Below, piece by piece: positions 11,629-25,249 of a DNA stretch of 64,000 bases. This stretch comes from Oopsacas minuta (lineage: Eukaryota; Animalia; Porifera), in the NCBI GenBank assembly GCA_024704765.1, contig JAKMXF010000337.1:1-64000 (forward strand), given 5' to 3'. The position numbers and the translations under genes are program-made. The first letter of the stretch is position 1, and every line of letters begins with the position of its first letter. A model generated the notes under the pieces. The model saw only the letters and a program-made list of their open reading frames with translations, was not told the DNA's origin and made no database searches.

Positions 11629-13614
11629 CAGCAGAAGCTCACAAACCGGGGCCGTTCCCAAACAGGGGTACCTTGTTTCCATTGTATCCGTGCCCTTAGT
11701 CTTCATTATATCCCTGCACTTAGGATGCACTAAGCTGTATAAATTGTAGCCAATCAATTCTGGACAACAAACCGTTGACAGAGAACAATCAAATTTTATT
11801 AACTGCCTGGTTTTCCTTTTTACTATAAAAACTACATGTCTACTATCAAATCTTAACACAAGCCTGCCCTCACTATCGAACAACGACAAAATGATCTTAG
11901 TAAGTTGGATAATGACAAGAGTGAGCGTATAGTGGCTGAATTCTTCAATGTGGGTAAGAGAACAATAAACTGCATCAAATCCAATCACGTGGCCAATCAG
12001 TTGCATATGGACGAAACAGGTGAAATCCCAGAGAGCATCAGGAAATGAAAGCACTCTGTTGTTGTTCCCATGTACGAAGATATTGAGACTGCAGTTATTG
12101 AATTCCTGAAATTAGCACGAGATCGAAGAATGGCCGTAACTGGCCCTATGCTAAGTACCCTAGCTGAGAGAGAAGCTAGTGCAAATGGAGTGGAGGGATT
12201 TAAGGCTTCAGAGGGATGGCTTTCGAGAGTGAAGGGGCGTCATGGAATCTGCGGAAGAGCACTTAGCGGGGATGCAGCAGGTTGAAAAGGCGCTCTCAAG
12301 AATTGGGAAAAGGACTTACCTAGGATCATTGGTTCTTATAAACCGGAAGATATCCATAACCTAGATGAAACTGGATTATATTTCAGGGCAACAAGCACCA
12401 AGTCCCTTGTTCTTCCTAAAGATACCGCTCATGGTATTATACAGGACAAATCTCGTCTCACTCTCATGGTCTGCACATCCATGCTTGGTGAAAAAGAGAA
12501 ACTACTCCTGATATGGAAGAGCGAGAAACCATGGGCTTTGAAAGGTGCAGACATGTCCAAATTACCTGTTGTGTACAAGGCTCAGAGGAAGGCATGGATG
12601 ATTGGTCTTGTATTTTGCTGTTGGATGAAGGACTCGACAACTGAATGTTCAAATTAGGTAGGAAAATCCTAATGTTCATGGACAATGCAAGTGTCCACAA
12701 AGCCTCTGACGAGCTTAGTTAAAAGGAAATGTAGCTCGTATATTTCCCTTGCAACACCACGAGTTGCACCAACCATTAAATGCCAGTATTATCCAGTCTC
12801 TCAATTGCTATATCGTAAACAGGTGCATCGGCATCTATTGACACAAATGGTGAATATTTACAACATCAATCAACCCAACGGTGACCCTTACAAAATGATT
12901 ACAATAGCCCTTGCTATAGTTTGGGCATCTGGAGCCTGGAATCAAGTGAATGGCCGAACGATCTTCAATTGCTTTTCAAAGTTCGGGTTTGGTGTTGCAA
13001 CTGTTGTCCCGGAGCTACCCATGATCATAAATCCAGAGGAGATTCAAATTCAGATAGAAGAAAATTACGAATGTGGGATTTTCCGTCTGTAATCAGTCCT
13101 GAAGAGCTCTTTGAGGAAGCGTTAATTAATGTGACCCAGGCTAAACGCCCATGACTTTGATTGTGGAATTGAATACGATTCTGAGGGTGAGTTATCTGAA
13201 TTTTCCCATGCCGACTTCAAAATCCGCACTAGAAGCTATTCAAGTGCTTCAGATGTACGGCTTTGGGTGTGGTGATGAGGAAGTTCTTGGGGGAAATTTT
13301 AAGTTTGAAAACTACTTGTTGGTAGTAGCTGCAAGATACACCCAAGAACAAAAACAATCCCAAATTAGTGACTACTTCGACAGTGATCATAAGTAAGCCC
13401 AATATTGGTTTCGAAAATTGATCATTTTACCATTTATTGACTAGCATATAGATATTGGTTGGAATAATCTATTAAACAATGTAATCTTGTCTATTTAAGT
13501 GATAAGAAGTCTAGACTGTAGCATAATCCAAATGCATTTTGAAACTATTGTGAAACGCGCAAACCGGGGCACTTTTCAAAGGGCTAAGGTGCCCCGGTTT
13601 GCGAGCTTCTACTG
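11629..13614 (+). mobile_element. pogo/Tigger element
   Basis: TIR CAG(C/T)AGAAGCTC(A/G)CAAACCGGGGC at both ends; right end followed by TA; 1986 bp. Confidence 0.85.
11835..13396 (+). pseudogene. Tigger/CENP-B-like transposase pseudogene
   Basis: HTH (LTIEQR...FNVGKRTI), CENP-B HTH (FKASEGWLSRVKGRHGI) and DDE_1 motifs NLDETGL, KSRLTLMVC, KAWM and MDNASVH; frameshifted. Confidence 0.85.
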
Positions 13615-14522
13615 TAATATTTTCTCAAACCCTACAGATTATATTTACTTGTGATAGCGGATGTCTAAGCTATTTCGGTGGTTCAATTTCTAGATGCGTT
13701 TTTCTCAGGAGTTTTGAAGTTATTATCATTTCGATTGAAAACTGGCTTTGACGCATATAATGGAATCATAGGCTCAGAAGCAGGGGCATGGGAGCTCGTC
13801 CTAGCTTGGTGCTTTCCTGATAGTGCTCATACAAAATACATGTGCGAGCCCCCAGGATAATTCAAGTTTTTGAAGTTCGGCACCCTTGACTGAACTAACG
13901 CCAAGGAACATGATCAACTTAATTTGTAATCACTAAGAAAACATAAGTAAGCTAATTCGAAGTTTTCTGAAGAGTGTTGAAGATTAAAAAATTGTTCTAA
14001 TGATAATTTTGAGTTATGTTTAGGAATAATATATATGTATTCAACATCTGAGAATGTATTATTTGATGTTATGCTCAAGAATAGTATTGTCTTTGATAAT
14101 GTAAACGGATGATGTCAAATAATGTGATCTAACGGGACATATTTGCGCGTCAAATGTAGTTTGCACCCGGTTGGCTGGTTTACAAAATGGTTTAGAGGGA
14201 AAACTGAGCAAATACACGTTTCAGATAATGCACATTTGTTCATCACAAGTGACCTTGAAAATATTTCACCGAATTAAGTCAACAATCTCTTTCGGAGCAT
14301 ATATCTATGAAACCAATTACTGAGCTAGATGTATTAATAAATTATATGGGTATATAGTCACCAGCGTTTAGACTCCTGTGATCTTGGTCTAGTGCTCGAT
14401 TAATTTGGTGGTTAGGTAGCGATTATCACCAAAAATTGGGTACTGGTAAACCTCCCAAAGCGGAATCTCCGAGATACAGCACAATCCCATCCCAACGAAA
14501 TATTTGCACAAATTAAAATAAA

Positions 14523-14642
14523 TAATTCTGTCAATTATCAATCAACCCATCTGAAATTGGGGCAGTACCTTTGTATAGAGTGGTGCATTTTAGATATAGT
14601 TACTGACCTACTTTAGATGGATTGATTGACAATTGGCAGATT
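14523..14642. repeat. Short imperfect inverted repeat (MITE-like relic)
   Basis: ~37-bp arms: AATTCTGTCAATTATCAATCAACCCATCTGAAATTGG versus the reverse complement AATCTGCCAATTGTCAATCAATCCATCTAAAGTAGG. Confidence 0.5.
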
Positions 14643-15032
14643 GATTAAGTGCCAAATTGTGTTCATATTACGCTGCTGACATATACTCAAAAAATTTTTG
14701 CAATGTTACCATCACCTTATGTGATGGAGACATTGAAAAATGTTACGAGAGGGCAAAAACCTGAAAATACATCACATGATTGGCGCATCCAAGCTATGTG
14801 GGTAGAATGAAACACACAAGCTTAGATGCGCAAATCCTGTATTATTTTCTCCGATTTTTGTCCTGGCATCAATGGAAAAGTTGCCAGTTCTTCTCTGTTT
14901 ATACTCGACCATAGCCATAGGGCTGAAATCGCTAATCCAATAGTTTCCGAATCGCAGAGAGATAACGATAAACTATTTGAATATAACAGCAGAGTAAATT
15001 AAATATTGATATCTAAAGTTGTATTTCGGCGG

Positions 15033-18029
15033 CATCAGGGCCTTTGAGAAAATGAGAGGTCCGGGCCACTGCTAGAATTTAGACTAAAATTCCAATAAAT
15101 GAAAACATGGAAAAGTGATATACGATATTATAAGTGTAATAATATGAATAACGAGCTGTAATAGATAAATTCCATTCTAGCCTTTTCTATGCGAATGCAT
15201 CAATTAATGACGTAAAATCTAACCCTCGTGTAATATCATAATTGATAACAAGCATGGCCAGCCCATTTAAACGTTCTTGCCGCATAGTTGAACGGTGGTA
15301 ATTTTGAACTTGTCTCAAAACATTGAAAGTGCTTTCTCCCGAACCACTGAAACAGGCAAACAAACAAAAATACGCAGTGCAATTATGGTATTTGGAAAAA
15401 TTGCAGATAGTCCAAGTTTGAGTATTTCTTGATGCAATTCCCTTGGATTGCAACCCGTTTTAATGTTTGTGGAATATATTCTTTTGAGGAATATTAGTTC
15501 TTCACTTATGTCCTTTAGAGATTTCTTTGTTGTACTGTAGTTGAAATCATTCAGTTGCAAAATGAGAACTTCATTAATCAGGCCACCGAAGTGCTAAAGG
15601 AATCCTGAGAGGGAACAAATAAGTTGCAGAGATTCACATCGACGTAAGAGAGCCGATTGAATAGAGACAATTATTACAAAGAAGACATTCTCCCTATAAA
15701 ACTGTTCGACATTGGATTGAGTAAAAACTTGCGAACGGTAGCGAATTCAGATGAATTCTGGATATTATCTGCAACTCATTTGAACTCGTTTAAAATCGTA
15801 TTCCATTGTTCCACGAAGCTTTTGAATATCGTTAACAAGGCTTTGAATGTTATCCCTTTCAACATCAAGTCTAGTATCAAGGGTTTCGATAACCAGATTA
15901 GTTTGGTGCATCATTATAAGTAACTTCATAAATAGGTTAAGATTAGAAAGAATTAAAATTTGGAGATGTACTTCTCAATTGATCGAAGCTCAGTTCGTGC
16001 TAATGCAGTGTGGTTGATAGATTTCAGCTCACACAATGCCTTTCTCAGGGAACTTAAATGATGTGCTACTGGTTAAACACCATCAATCCGAGCAGACCAT
16101 CTAGTTTTAGATATACCATACAGTGAAACAGGCAAATGTTGCTTCAGAATTTCCCACCTCTGTAGACTAAAAAGTTGTAGATTTGCTGAATTGTTCCAAA
16201 GTAAGCAATTGCTTCAATACATGTTTCAGCGTAATCGCCCCTACAAGATTTAATGTGTGGTTTCCACAACTGGAGAATATACAGTTTGAATCCGGCTCAA
16301 GGAGAACTGCATGTATTCCTTTGTACTCTCGGGCCATAGTAGCTCCATTATCATACCTTGGCCAATGCAAAATTGAAAAATCAACTTCAGACTTTTTAGG
16401 GCCGCTAGTATTCGAGCAGCAATATGACTTCCAGATTTCTTAGTGAATTTATCAAACAAACCAACTGTTCCTCGATTGAACATTTTGAGCTGTCTACAAT
16501 TTGACAAATCGAACAACCATAGTTGCATGCTCCTTGTGAGAACTATATTGAGTAGCAACCATAATAATAGAATAGTAATTTGCACTTTGAATATCAACAA
16601 TAATTGATTTGAACGAATAAACTACATAAATAAATAAACGCATTTTTAATGTGTGTGGAGAGGTAATAGACTTGAAGTCATTTTCTGCTCTCTTACAATT
16701 CACGAACAAGTTAAACATGCTCTGATAAGAGCGGATCATATCTACTGAGGAGTCAAACTGTGCCCAAAAATTACCATTTGAAGGATCCTCAATGCAATTT
16801 ACTGGAACCAAGAAAGCCAATCCCGTTCAGAAAGAAATAAGATGACACTCAAGATGTACTCTAGAATTTCTTTGCAATTATTAGATTCTGTAGTGAGTTG
16901 AGCTATTACTAAAATATCATTTGACCATTCGGCAGTTCCTGCCCTATTAGCAGATTTCTATACAATATTGTTGTTTTTTGTACGATATTGAATTCTCCCG
17001 TGAAGGTATCCCTTTTACCAACTTCCTCCAATATCGGTGAATACTCAATCCTAATTCATCAGCGAACCGATACATTTGCAGCAATTTTGTCTAAAATATA
17101 CCAGAGGATGCAATACTAAGATTTTTCTCAATACTCCAGCATAACCAGTCTTTGGTACAGGTCTCACCGTTAGAAAGAGCATTTGTCAACAGACAAATAG
17201 GAAAAACATGATCATCAGCATCGTTAGGAATGTTATTTTGTAAATTTAAAAGAAAGAATTTTAAGAAATGTTTCTATCGGGGACACTTCAAATTGTCATT
17301 CGCGTAAGATCCCTATCCACTTGTTGTTGTTGAGCATCCCGATTCTATATTGGATCTCCTGCGGCATGTGTAACTGGTATATTTTCATAACCAAAGTCTT
17401 CGTGTTCATGCATTGATATTGAATTATCGTCTCTCGAATTTCGGAGTTATCCTAAACTAAAGCAGTATTCGTTGGAAAAAGTTGATATTCTTGTTCTAGA
17501 AAATGAAGTTATTGGCCTAAAGTCCTTCGCTAACGCCTCATCTAGTTGCTTTCGTCGTCTTTTCTAGCGCCACTTTCAAATTTCCTGAATTCTAATAAAG
17601 TAGAGTAGAACTCGGATAAGACATCCCCCTTTGGTAAGGAAGTATTAATATGTGTATTCGTAAGTACGTACAAACTAGTTTGTACTACATAAAAAATCTA
17701 TATTATAGATGGATTATGATTCAGAGATATGAGTATGTAGTACGTACGAAAAGGAAGAATATATTATCCGAGTAGCGGAGTACGTGCAAACTGAGTTCCT
17801 CTAATATGTTCACATAATCAAATAGTACTGGGTTTAACTAAGTGTTGAAATACAGTTACTGTTATTGATTAACAAGAACACTACATAATTCAAATATTGT
17901 AAAAATAGAATATACGTATACATTATTATTATTATCATGAAACCTGTATATTTTTGTTAGGCTTTGGAGGGTGAGGTGGCGCCCTTGGAGCTGGGGCCCT
18001 GCTGGCTCCCCTTCTCATAGGTCCTACTG
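15033..18029 (-). mobile_element. Decayed hAT element (ZMYM1-like transposase); ends approximate
   Basis: GC-rich ends with a 14/18 inverted match (CATCAGGGCCTTTGAGAA versus CAGTAGGACCTATGAGAA); no TSD found. Confidence 0.55.
15187..17600 (-). pseudogene. hAT transposase pseudogene
   Basis: YYSIIMVATQYSSHKEHATMVVRFV, GQGYDNGATM, CGNHTLNLVG (CxxH) and the dimerisation region FPNTIIALRIFVCLPVSV / GESTFNVL..STMRQERLNGLA are split over several frames. Confidence 0.85.
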
Positions 18030-18256
18030 ATGTATATCCGAAATATGATATTGATATAAACAACCAGTAGCATTGTTAGGCTCAAAACTTATTCAGTCCC
18101 CCTCGTAAAAATACATTGATATCATAGCTTTCAGCAAACTGAAAAAATTCCTCTCCACTTTTTTACAAATATGTATTATAGTTATTCAGTAAAATGCACC
18201 TTTTTTGCAGTAAAGAAACTATTTTAAAGTTGTGAAATGGCAACAGCATCCCTATA

Positions 18257-18578
18257 CAGTACATCTTGGCTAATCCGAACAGCACTGTTCCAATTGCTAA
18301 ATAATTCTCCAGGATTAGTGAATTTGTTCAAAATAGCGAAATGAATTGAAACAATACTATAAAGTATAGGTCTAGGAGCACATTTTTTCGAATGTTCTAC
18401 AAATGATGAAAATACATCCAACATGTGTAATATAGTTTTAGATATTAATCTTCAGAAATTCGATATAAACAGGTCTTTGCATAAATTTAGACCATTTCCA
18501 AAGATAGTTTGAACTTTGGCCATATTCGGATTAGCAAGCGATCGGACTAACGAGTTTCGGATAAGCGAGGGTCTACTG
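18257..18578. mobile_element. pogo/Tigger-type MITE
   Basis: Imperfect TIR CAGTACATCTTGGCTAATCCGAAC versus CAGTAGACCCTCGCTTATCCGAAA; TA at the left flank. Confidence 0.55.
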
Positions 18579-19602
18579 CAGCAGAAACACCATAAGATAC
18601 TGTGAGGCTTATGTTTGGTAGGTAATAATAAATATAAAATCAAGTCACGACAACATATCAATTCCATTGAATTGAATTAAAGTGACTGTATTTAACGGAG
18701 TCATCATGTGTATTGGGGTAAATATAACTTTATAGTGGCTCCAATTACTTGTGCCACTTTATACTAATTGAATTAGAATACCAAGCTGTGGTACAGATTG
18801 AAAATTTAGATTTGCTCGGTGAGCTAGTAGTGGATTTCAATATACTCAATGATACACATAAAACAGTCAAGATAATCCAATTTTCAAAAGTTTACCCAAA
18901 GAATAAAATATCAAATACATATCGGAGCGTACCATGAAATGGAATGTTAACTATTTGAATTCTAGGCAGTGATATGTAAAACGAACTAGTATTAATATTT
19001 TGATTATCTACATATCTGACACCACTATAGGTTTATTTCAAAGATTTGTGAAATAACAAGGAAAATCAAAAACCCAAGAGAAATTTTTCATGTAATTTGT
19101 TCAGAATTATATGGAATTAATTTCCTTGTGGTAAAAAAGTTTTCAATGATTTGTGACAAAATAGAAATAACTAAAAAACTAAACTAAAGAGAAATACAAT
19201 CATAGAAACGAGTTCAAAAGAATTTGAACACGAGTGCGCTTGGTTTGATCACGCTGCAGGGTTGGCCAACACTTCATGCCTCGAATTATACATATGTGCG
19301 AGAAACTCCAAAGTGCGAAATTCGCAATTGGCGTACTCGATTAACCCATAATAACAGTTGAAATAAAGTTTCTGGTACTATTTAGAAATAGGTCTACAAT
19401 ATTTACCCATAAAGCGATAAAAATTCACAATATGTTGTTGACAATTTCATATTCGTTATCAACATACCGATTACCCTAGAAAATAATCGCTGAAAGCAGG
19501 GGCAATTAGAAACTTGATTACTGTATGAACATAACAACACATATTCACAATACGTTGTTGATAATTTCACATTTGGAATCAAAGTGCCTGATTGTCCTAG
19601 GG

Positions 19603-19740
19603 CAGGGTCGGAAACCTATGGCACGCATGTCAAACATGCGACACAGAAATGACATAAATGTGCGTCTGTCGACGCACATTTATGTAGATTCAGGGGTAGG
19701 CAACCCTAGGAGCACGTACTACCTATTGTACGCGAAAGAA
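19603..19740 (+). mobile_element. Two tandem hAT (Charlie-like) left-end fragments with hairpins between them
   Basis: CAGGGTCGGAAACCTATGGCACGC at 19603 and CAGGGGTAGGCAACC at 19691 resemble CAGGGGTCGGCAACC-type termini. Confidence 0.45.
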
Positions 19741-20905
19741 ATTCTCCAGAGTAATTAAGATATTTACCAATTGTTCAGTTTCTAGCAATTTCACTGGAGT
19801 ACACAAAACTTGAATTTCACAGTTAGACCGACGAATAATTACAAATTTATATTAATATAGATACCAATATTTGTTTGCATTCTGACTCATTATACACAAA
19901 ATGAATTTTGTGACATAGTCGTGAGATTCACTGAACAGAAGCAGTCCAACTTTGCACAGATAGTTCATTGTAAAACATGTAATAAACTATATAAAACATA
20001 AACAAGAGATATTGTCATAGGGGCTATCATCTATTCTGATTCGGAAAATATCATCAATTATATTCTCCATAACTTCTAGGATTGGAAAATTTAACTCGGT
20101 TTTCGTAATTTTTCTCATAGTTTTATATTATACCTTTAGGAAGTTGATATATTTTTCTCTAGATTTATAAATATTTGCATTGAATGATAATTATTGCGTG
20201 AGGTGCTACATTTTTGTATGTCCCAAATGATTGACCCTACTGTATTCAAATTATTCGAATTCAAAATCTTTCGGTCAGTTCCCCCACCACCATCACCCTG
20301 ACTTCACCAACCTTCATTTCTAGCAGGCTATTAATCTATTTTACACCTTCTAATAGTCGGCATGCATACCATCTGAAGCAAACTACTTAATTAGTTAATT
20401 CATATTCTGACATATGGCCAAATATGCGTGATGTTATTGGAACATTACGTCACCAAGACTGCAATAATGGAATATTGGCTTGCAAAATGTGTATATATAA
20501 GTTGGGAAGCTACAAACTTTATTAAAACGAACCAGACAGATGTTTAATCTTGAAGAAAAAAGTTGAGGTCACCTAAAATTTCGAAATGGATATTCTAAGA
20601 TATGGAGGATAGTTGGCATAACTTAATTACAGATCAAGAACAAAATCTTTTGATTATTGGATATGTCTCAGGGGTATCTGATTTGGTTTTCGAGGGAGTA
20701 ACTATGTATATTGATCATGTTCAATTGGATTTGTAGTTCCGTAGCTCATATATACACAGCAATATGGTGTTTTTCTAGGATTCTGGGAACTAGGTTCCCA
20801 GAAGATACGGTAGACTGCAGTAAGATCTTCAGTTTAAGCAATACGAGGCAACATATCTAAGGAAGAAATCAACTAAACGAAAAATCTTCTGAATTGTCTT
20901 TCGAA

Positions 20906-21400
20906 TGCATTCGCCCCCAGGTGAATTAAAATACTTACAGTAGGGCGTCAGTTATCCGAACATCTTGGTTAACCGAAAGCATATATTCTCCATCAACAAA
21001 TATTTCTTTATTTCTCTAACCTGATAACCACTAAATATATGACTACAATATATATATATATATTGGCACAAAGTTTTATGGGACAAATCCAATTAGGGTA
21101 GGGGTCCAAATGGCGAAACTGTTGCTACATTGTGTATATCGTATAAATACATTCTCTGCCTCCAAACCTGGCTGGTCCTGACTCCCAAGATACGCAAACT
21201 GGTGCTTTCAAATATCATATATATTGGCGATATTGTCTGAATTATGATAATATACCTGAGGAATCTAATTGCAAATTCACCATGAAATTATTACATCATC
21301 ATGAATGTACAAAATTGAATATTTTCCAAATTACGAGAAGTTTCTTATTACACGAGGTACCAAGAGCTCCAGTTTTACCACAGGAGGCTATTAAGGGTAC
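20906..21400 (+). repeat. Uninterrupted paralog of the segment found in four pieces at 4277-4432, 5594-5603, 6903-7025 and 10061-10320
   Basis: Collinear matches include ATGCATTC..CCCC..GTGAATT, CCGAAAGCATATATTCTCCATCAA, TATATTGGCACAA, GTTGCTACATTGTGTAT and CATGAATGTACAAAA. It contains a pogo-type end CAGTAG.GCGTCAGTTAT.CGAAC. Confidence 0.85.
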
Positions 21401-21779
21401 GAGGTTATAATTCAACAGAATTCTGAACTTCGAATTATGCTCGGATATTGAGAGATCTTAAAATAGCCACAATTAACATATGATGATACCTCAGTCCTGG
21501 ACCTTGAGGCCATTTGGATAATTATTTGAGCGGACTTGTAGACTATGGAGTGACGAAAACTCAAAATCACGTGGCTCAGTCAAATCTGATCCCATTGCTC
21601 TGAAATTTCCACACAATTTGCAGATATCTGAGATCTCCCAAACTCCGAGTTTAATTCAAAGATCTAGAACTCTAGTGATTGTGCACACTAGTCACAAAAA
21701 TGGAATTTGGATAGACATCATGGATAATAAAAATAATTTTGAAAAAAGGTACCTCGAGGTAGGTAGTGTTATTTATATT

Positions 21780-21902
21780 CCGTCGCGTAGCGACCCAAAA
21801 ACACTAACAAATGTAGCTGTTTCATTCTTATGCTAAGAAAGGGACAAGGTTCAAGGATACTTCTGCTCGTCGAGCAGTGCCCAAGCAAGCGAAGTGCGCT
21901 AG
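21780..21902 (+). mobile_element. 3' end of a non-autonomous Helitron-family copy
   Basis: Hairpins GTCGC-GTA-GCGAC and CTGCTCG-T-CGAGCAG, then CAAGCAAGCGAAGTGCG-CTAG|T, matching the 52974 terminus. Confidence 0.65.
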
Positions 21903-22435
21903 TTGAATAGTTATACGCGTAATCACCAATTTTTTGCTATTGGGCAAATTCTTTAAGGTCAGATTTTATGAAAAAATAATGGTTCCCATTAGGGCAGAAA
22001 AAATGCACACTCTGATACGCAGATTGCAAGGCAAAATTCGATAATCGCAGTCTTACTAACGTAATGGTGTGATGACGTACACCATATTTAGCCATATATC
22101 ATAAAATACACTCAGATGTATAAAGGAATTCCTATCGTAGTCCACAAAGACTGAAGGGTTGCTATCATAAAAACCAAAATCTCGAAAATATTATCAATTA
22201 TATTAAATAACAAATTTTCAAAAAATAGGAGTGACATCGTAAGCAATTCGCGTATTCAATTGGGATAGTAAATATTAAAAAATGGAAATTTGGCAATCTG
22301 ATAAGAGAGCATATTCAACGAAAATTAGACCAAAACTGTACTGCTTGATGAGGATGTATTTCAGTAGGATAATTTGTTCTTCAAAATTTTATGGGTTGAG
22401 GTGAGCTGAAATATAGGATTTGAAGTTGAAGGGAT

Positions 22436-23254
22436 TTAAAATACTAGCATTGAATAAGCTCCAGAACGAAAAACAACAACAATTGAATTATTCTTATCAA
22501 CTGCTATCCCTCTTGGTAGAAAGCAGTCAAATTCCTTTGTATCAATAATGCTCAATGGCTTTCCAGATGGACTCAGTATTTTAATGTGATTGGAATAGTC
22601 TGTAATAAAAAAGTTTGAGCTATTGTCCATACAAAAGTAATATGCATGTGAAAAAGATAAACCATCCTGATTAATGTAGATTCGACCGATAAGCAGTCCA
22701 AAATCAATAGTGATTTTAACTATACAATTTTCAAAAACTTCAAGTGCAAAGAGTATATTTTCGAATATCTGAATACTCCAACACCATGACAGTCTAACAT
22801 TGTCAAGTTGGCGTTTCTTTGATAATGATGGATTAAAAACAGAGATACGATTACAGTCAGTCTCACTAACAAATAGTTCATCATCACTAGATGTGATTCC
22901 GAATGGATGCACAACATTGTCTGTCTCAGAAATCAAAGAAAAATCAGTTAAACTGAATTTATATATTCGAGAAGGGTCAAAATTTGTTATAAACGCAAAG
23001 GTTCCAATAATAGTTATAGAATCAGCATTTGTTAAACCATGTTCACCGAATTGACCAATATAATCACCATTTAAGTTACATATTTGCACATTGCCTGTCA
23101 ATCTATCAACAATATATACCAGTTGAGAAGAAGGATCTATACATAAGCCACGAGGCTTCTGAAACACCTTAGATGTCGGACCGAACTGGCCGAGTTGAAT
23201 ATATGGTGCTGTTATTTCTTTGTAATTCCTTGAGGATAGTATTTTAGAAACCAT
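22436..23254 (-). CDS. NHL-repeat beta-propeller protein, 272 aa, single exon
   Basis: Uninterrupted ORF with NHL-type blades: FQKPRGLCIDPSSQLVYIVD, HPFGITSSDDELFVSETDCNRISVF, FFITDYSNHIKILSPSG and LPRGIAVDKNNSIVV. Confidence 0.85.
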   Translation of the reverse strand: MVSKILSSRNYKEITAPYIQLGQFGPTSKVFQKPRGLCIDPSSQLVYIVDRLTGNVQICNLNGDYIGQFGEHGLTNADSITIIGTFAFITNFDPSRIYKFSLTDFSLISETDNVVHPFGITSSDDELFVSETDCNRISVFNPSLSKKRQLDNVRLSWCWSIQIFENILFALEVFENCIVKITIDFGLLIGRIYINQDGLSFSHAYYFCMDNSSNFFITDYSNHIKILSPSGKPLSIIDTKEFDCFLPRGIAVDKNNSIVVVFRSGAYSMLVF

Positions 23255-25249
23255 AAGAGAAAGGGACCTAAATTAGTAAAATCATTAGTAATCATTTAAT
23301 TTTCTCTAAAAATTTGTTATCATGGATCGAACACGGAGATGAATTTCGCCAATGAAAAGCGAATTTAGAATTCCAAAGATCTCTCAGTAAGAATTATAAA
23401 ACCTAAGCATCATAGTTAGAAAGTAATGGGCACTACCTAGCAAGCGAACGCGATACGTATATCTTATAATTATCATATATATAGTTAACTAGTTTGCAAA
23501 GTCGAGGAGTTCAAGCTAATAACCACGATATTATACGCTATTCCGACAATATGCACCTTGTATGGTGTGCATTCTTAACTGCATAAATCACACCTTTGGT
23601 ATTGGCAGTTTTTTCAACTGACAATGTGCATTGTCGATAGGTATATAAATATGTTGTATACTTTCCATCCTCAGTTTTGTTTTCATGACACCTAAAGTAG
23701 GTAATGGATTGTTTTGGTGGTCAAAACGATTGCTAATATATGCTCGCTTTTGGGAATCATGTATCTTCCGTCAGCTATACATCATTTCACTTTGTCGCAT
23801 TACAGGCGTAGAAGTTTCAAATTTTTATGAAATTCTGGGGGGCGGAGCACTTATTTTATATATGTCAACTCATTTTAAAGAAAAACCCCTACTTCAGGTA
23901 ACAAATCCTGGGGCGAGATAGGCCCATCATTCCCCCGACTTTTTTCAGGTGGGGTCAGGCCCCACCGCCCCCTGCAACGACGCCTATGGCTCATAAGTTG
24001 CTGGGTTTAGGACGTAAGGATATTGAACATCTAATCTTGGTTATTAAACATTAATCTTGGGATATCTGTAGTTGATTTTTCATCAATAGTATATTGGGGA
24101 ACATGAGAACTAATAATTAACAGTAGTAAACCGAAATCCACATATCTGTTTAATCTGGGTATTGCTCATCTTGGAGGTTTTATTGGAGTGCTACAATCAT
24201 GCAAACGTTGCACCGCTAATGTTGTCGATTTATGGCATTATGAGATAGCGATAATTAATCACAGATATCGTCCTGGCAATTATTTGTTGGTTTTTTCTAC
24301 TGTAGTGTAAATTTGTTATACCATTAGCAGTGCAATAATATACTGTAGTTGTCAGGGGCGTAGGAAGCATATTTGAGAGGTGGGGCTAGCCTATAGCTCA
24401 CTATGTATATAATATAAGGCCCTCAAGAAATTTTGTATAGAATCTACAATCACCGATTAAGAGCACTAAAAAGAGATGCCATTTTTAATAGAGTCTCTCA
24501 AATCCGTTCTGCAGTAAAAATTGAAGGGAAATAGGCCCAACAAGGCTCAGATACTCCTAGACCCCCCTAATTGTAATTGGTTTAAAATTAATATAATAAG
24601 TACTGTTATACTAGTGTGTAATTTAAGAAACAGAATGAATAATGAATACCGAAGTATGCTACTGAATTAATTCTAACTGAAGTCATCAATCCAAATTTTA
24701 GAAACAGTGTGAGGGTGGCCAAGGGGGAGGTGGCAAAGTAGGAACAATACTAATAGCGGAAACAAAAGTATATTTCCAGTGTATTCAGGAATAAATATAT
24801 AAGAATCGTAAGTTATAGTAACTAGGTATTTGTTAGTTGAAAGATTCATAGATTATTGAAAGCAAACATGGTACATAGTTGTCATGAGTAACTATTGAAC
24901 AATTATATTCTTATGTAGCACTTAAAACACTAGATGTAAGTTGTCTGAATTGATAAATAAGTACTTAATCATTCAAAATAGCTTGTATACATAAGGAGAG
25001 TCATCACTACGGGTCTCGAGGCTAATATATTTGGAAATTTTAATTGTTATTATCCATGGTCCATCAGAGTTCCGTTAAATTGCTGTTTGTGTTAAAACTG
25101 GAGCTCTTAAGTGACTTGAAGTTAGTAATCTCGGCACTTTGTACCTAGTGTATAAAGAAATTCCAAAACTCTTCAAATTTGGAAAATTTCAATTTAGGAG
25201 TCATAAAGACTATGAAATTGTCCAAATTAATGACGTGAGGACATTTGGC

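Noticed and set aside
11584-12054. 156-aa minus-strand ORF, and similar short ORFs such as 26821-27075, 41459-41725, 57943-58337 and 22800-23054
   Set aside because: These are antisense or alternative-frame shadows of transposase or NHL coding sequence, with no independent motifs.
23437-23460. Helitron 3' end flanking the NHL gene (gene capture)
   Set aside because: The CTAG is followed by G rather than T, there is no clear hairpin, and it does not match the family terminus; capture is unsupported.
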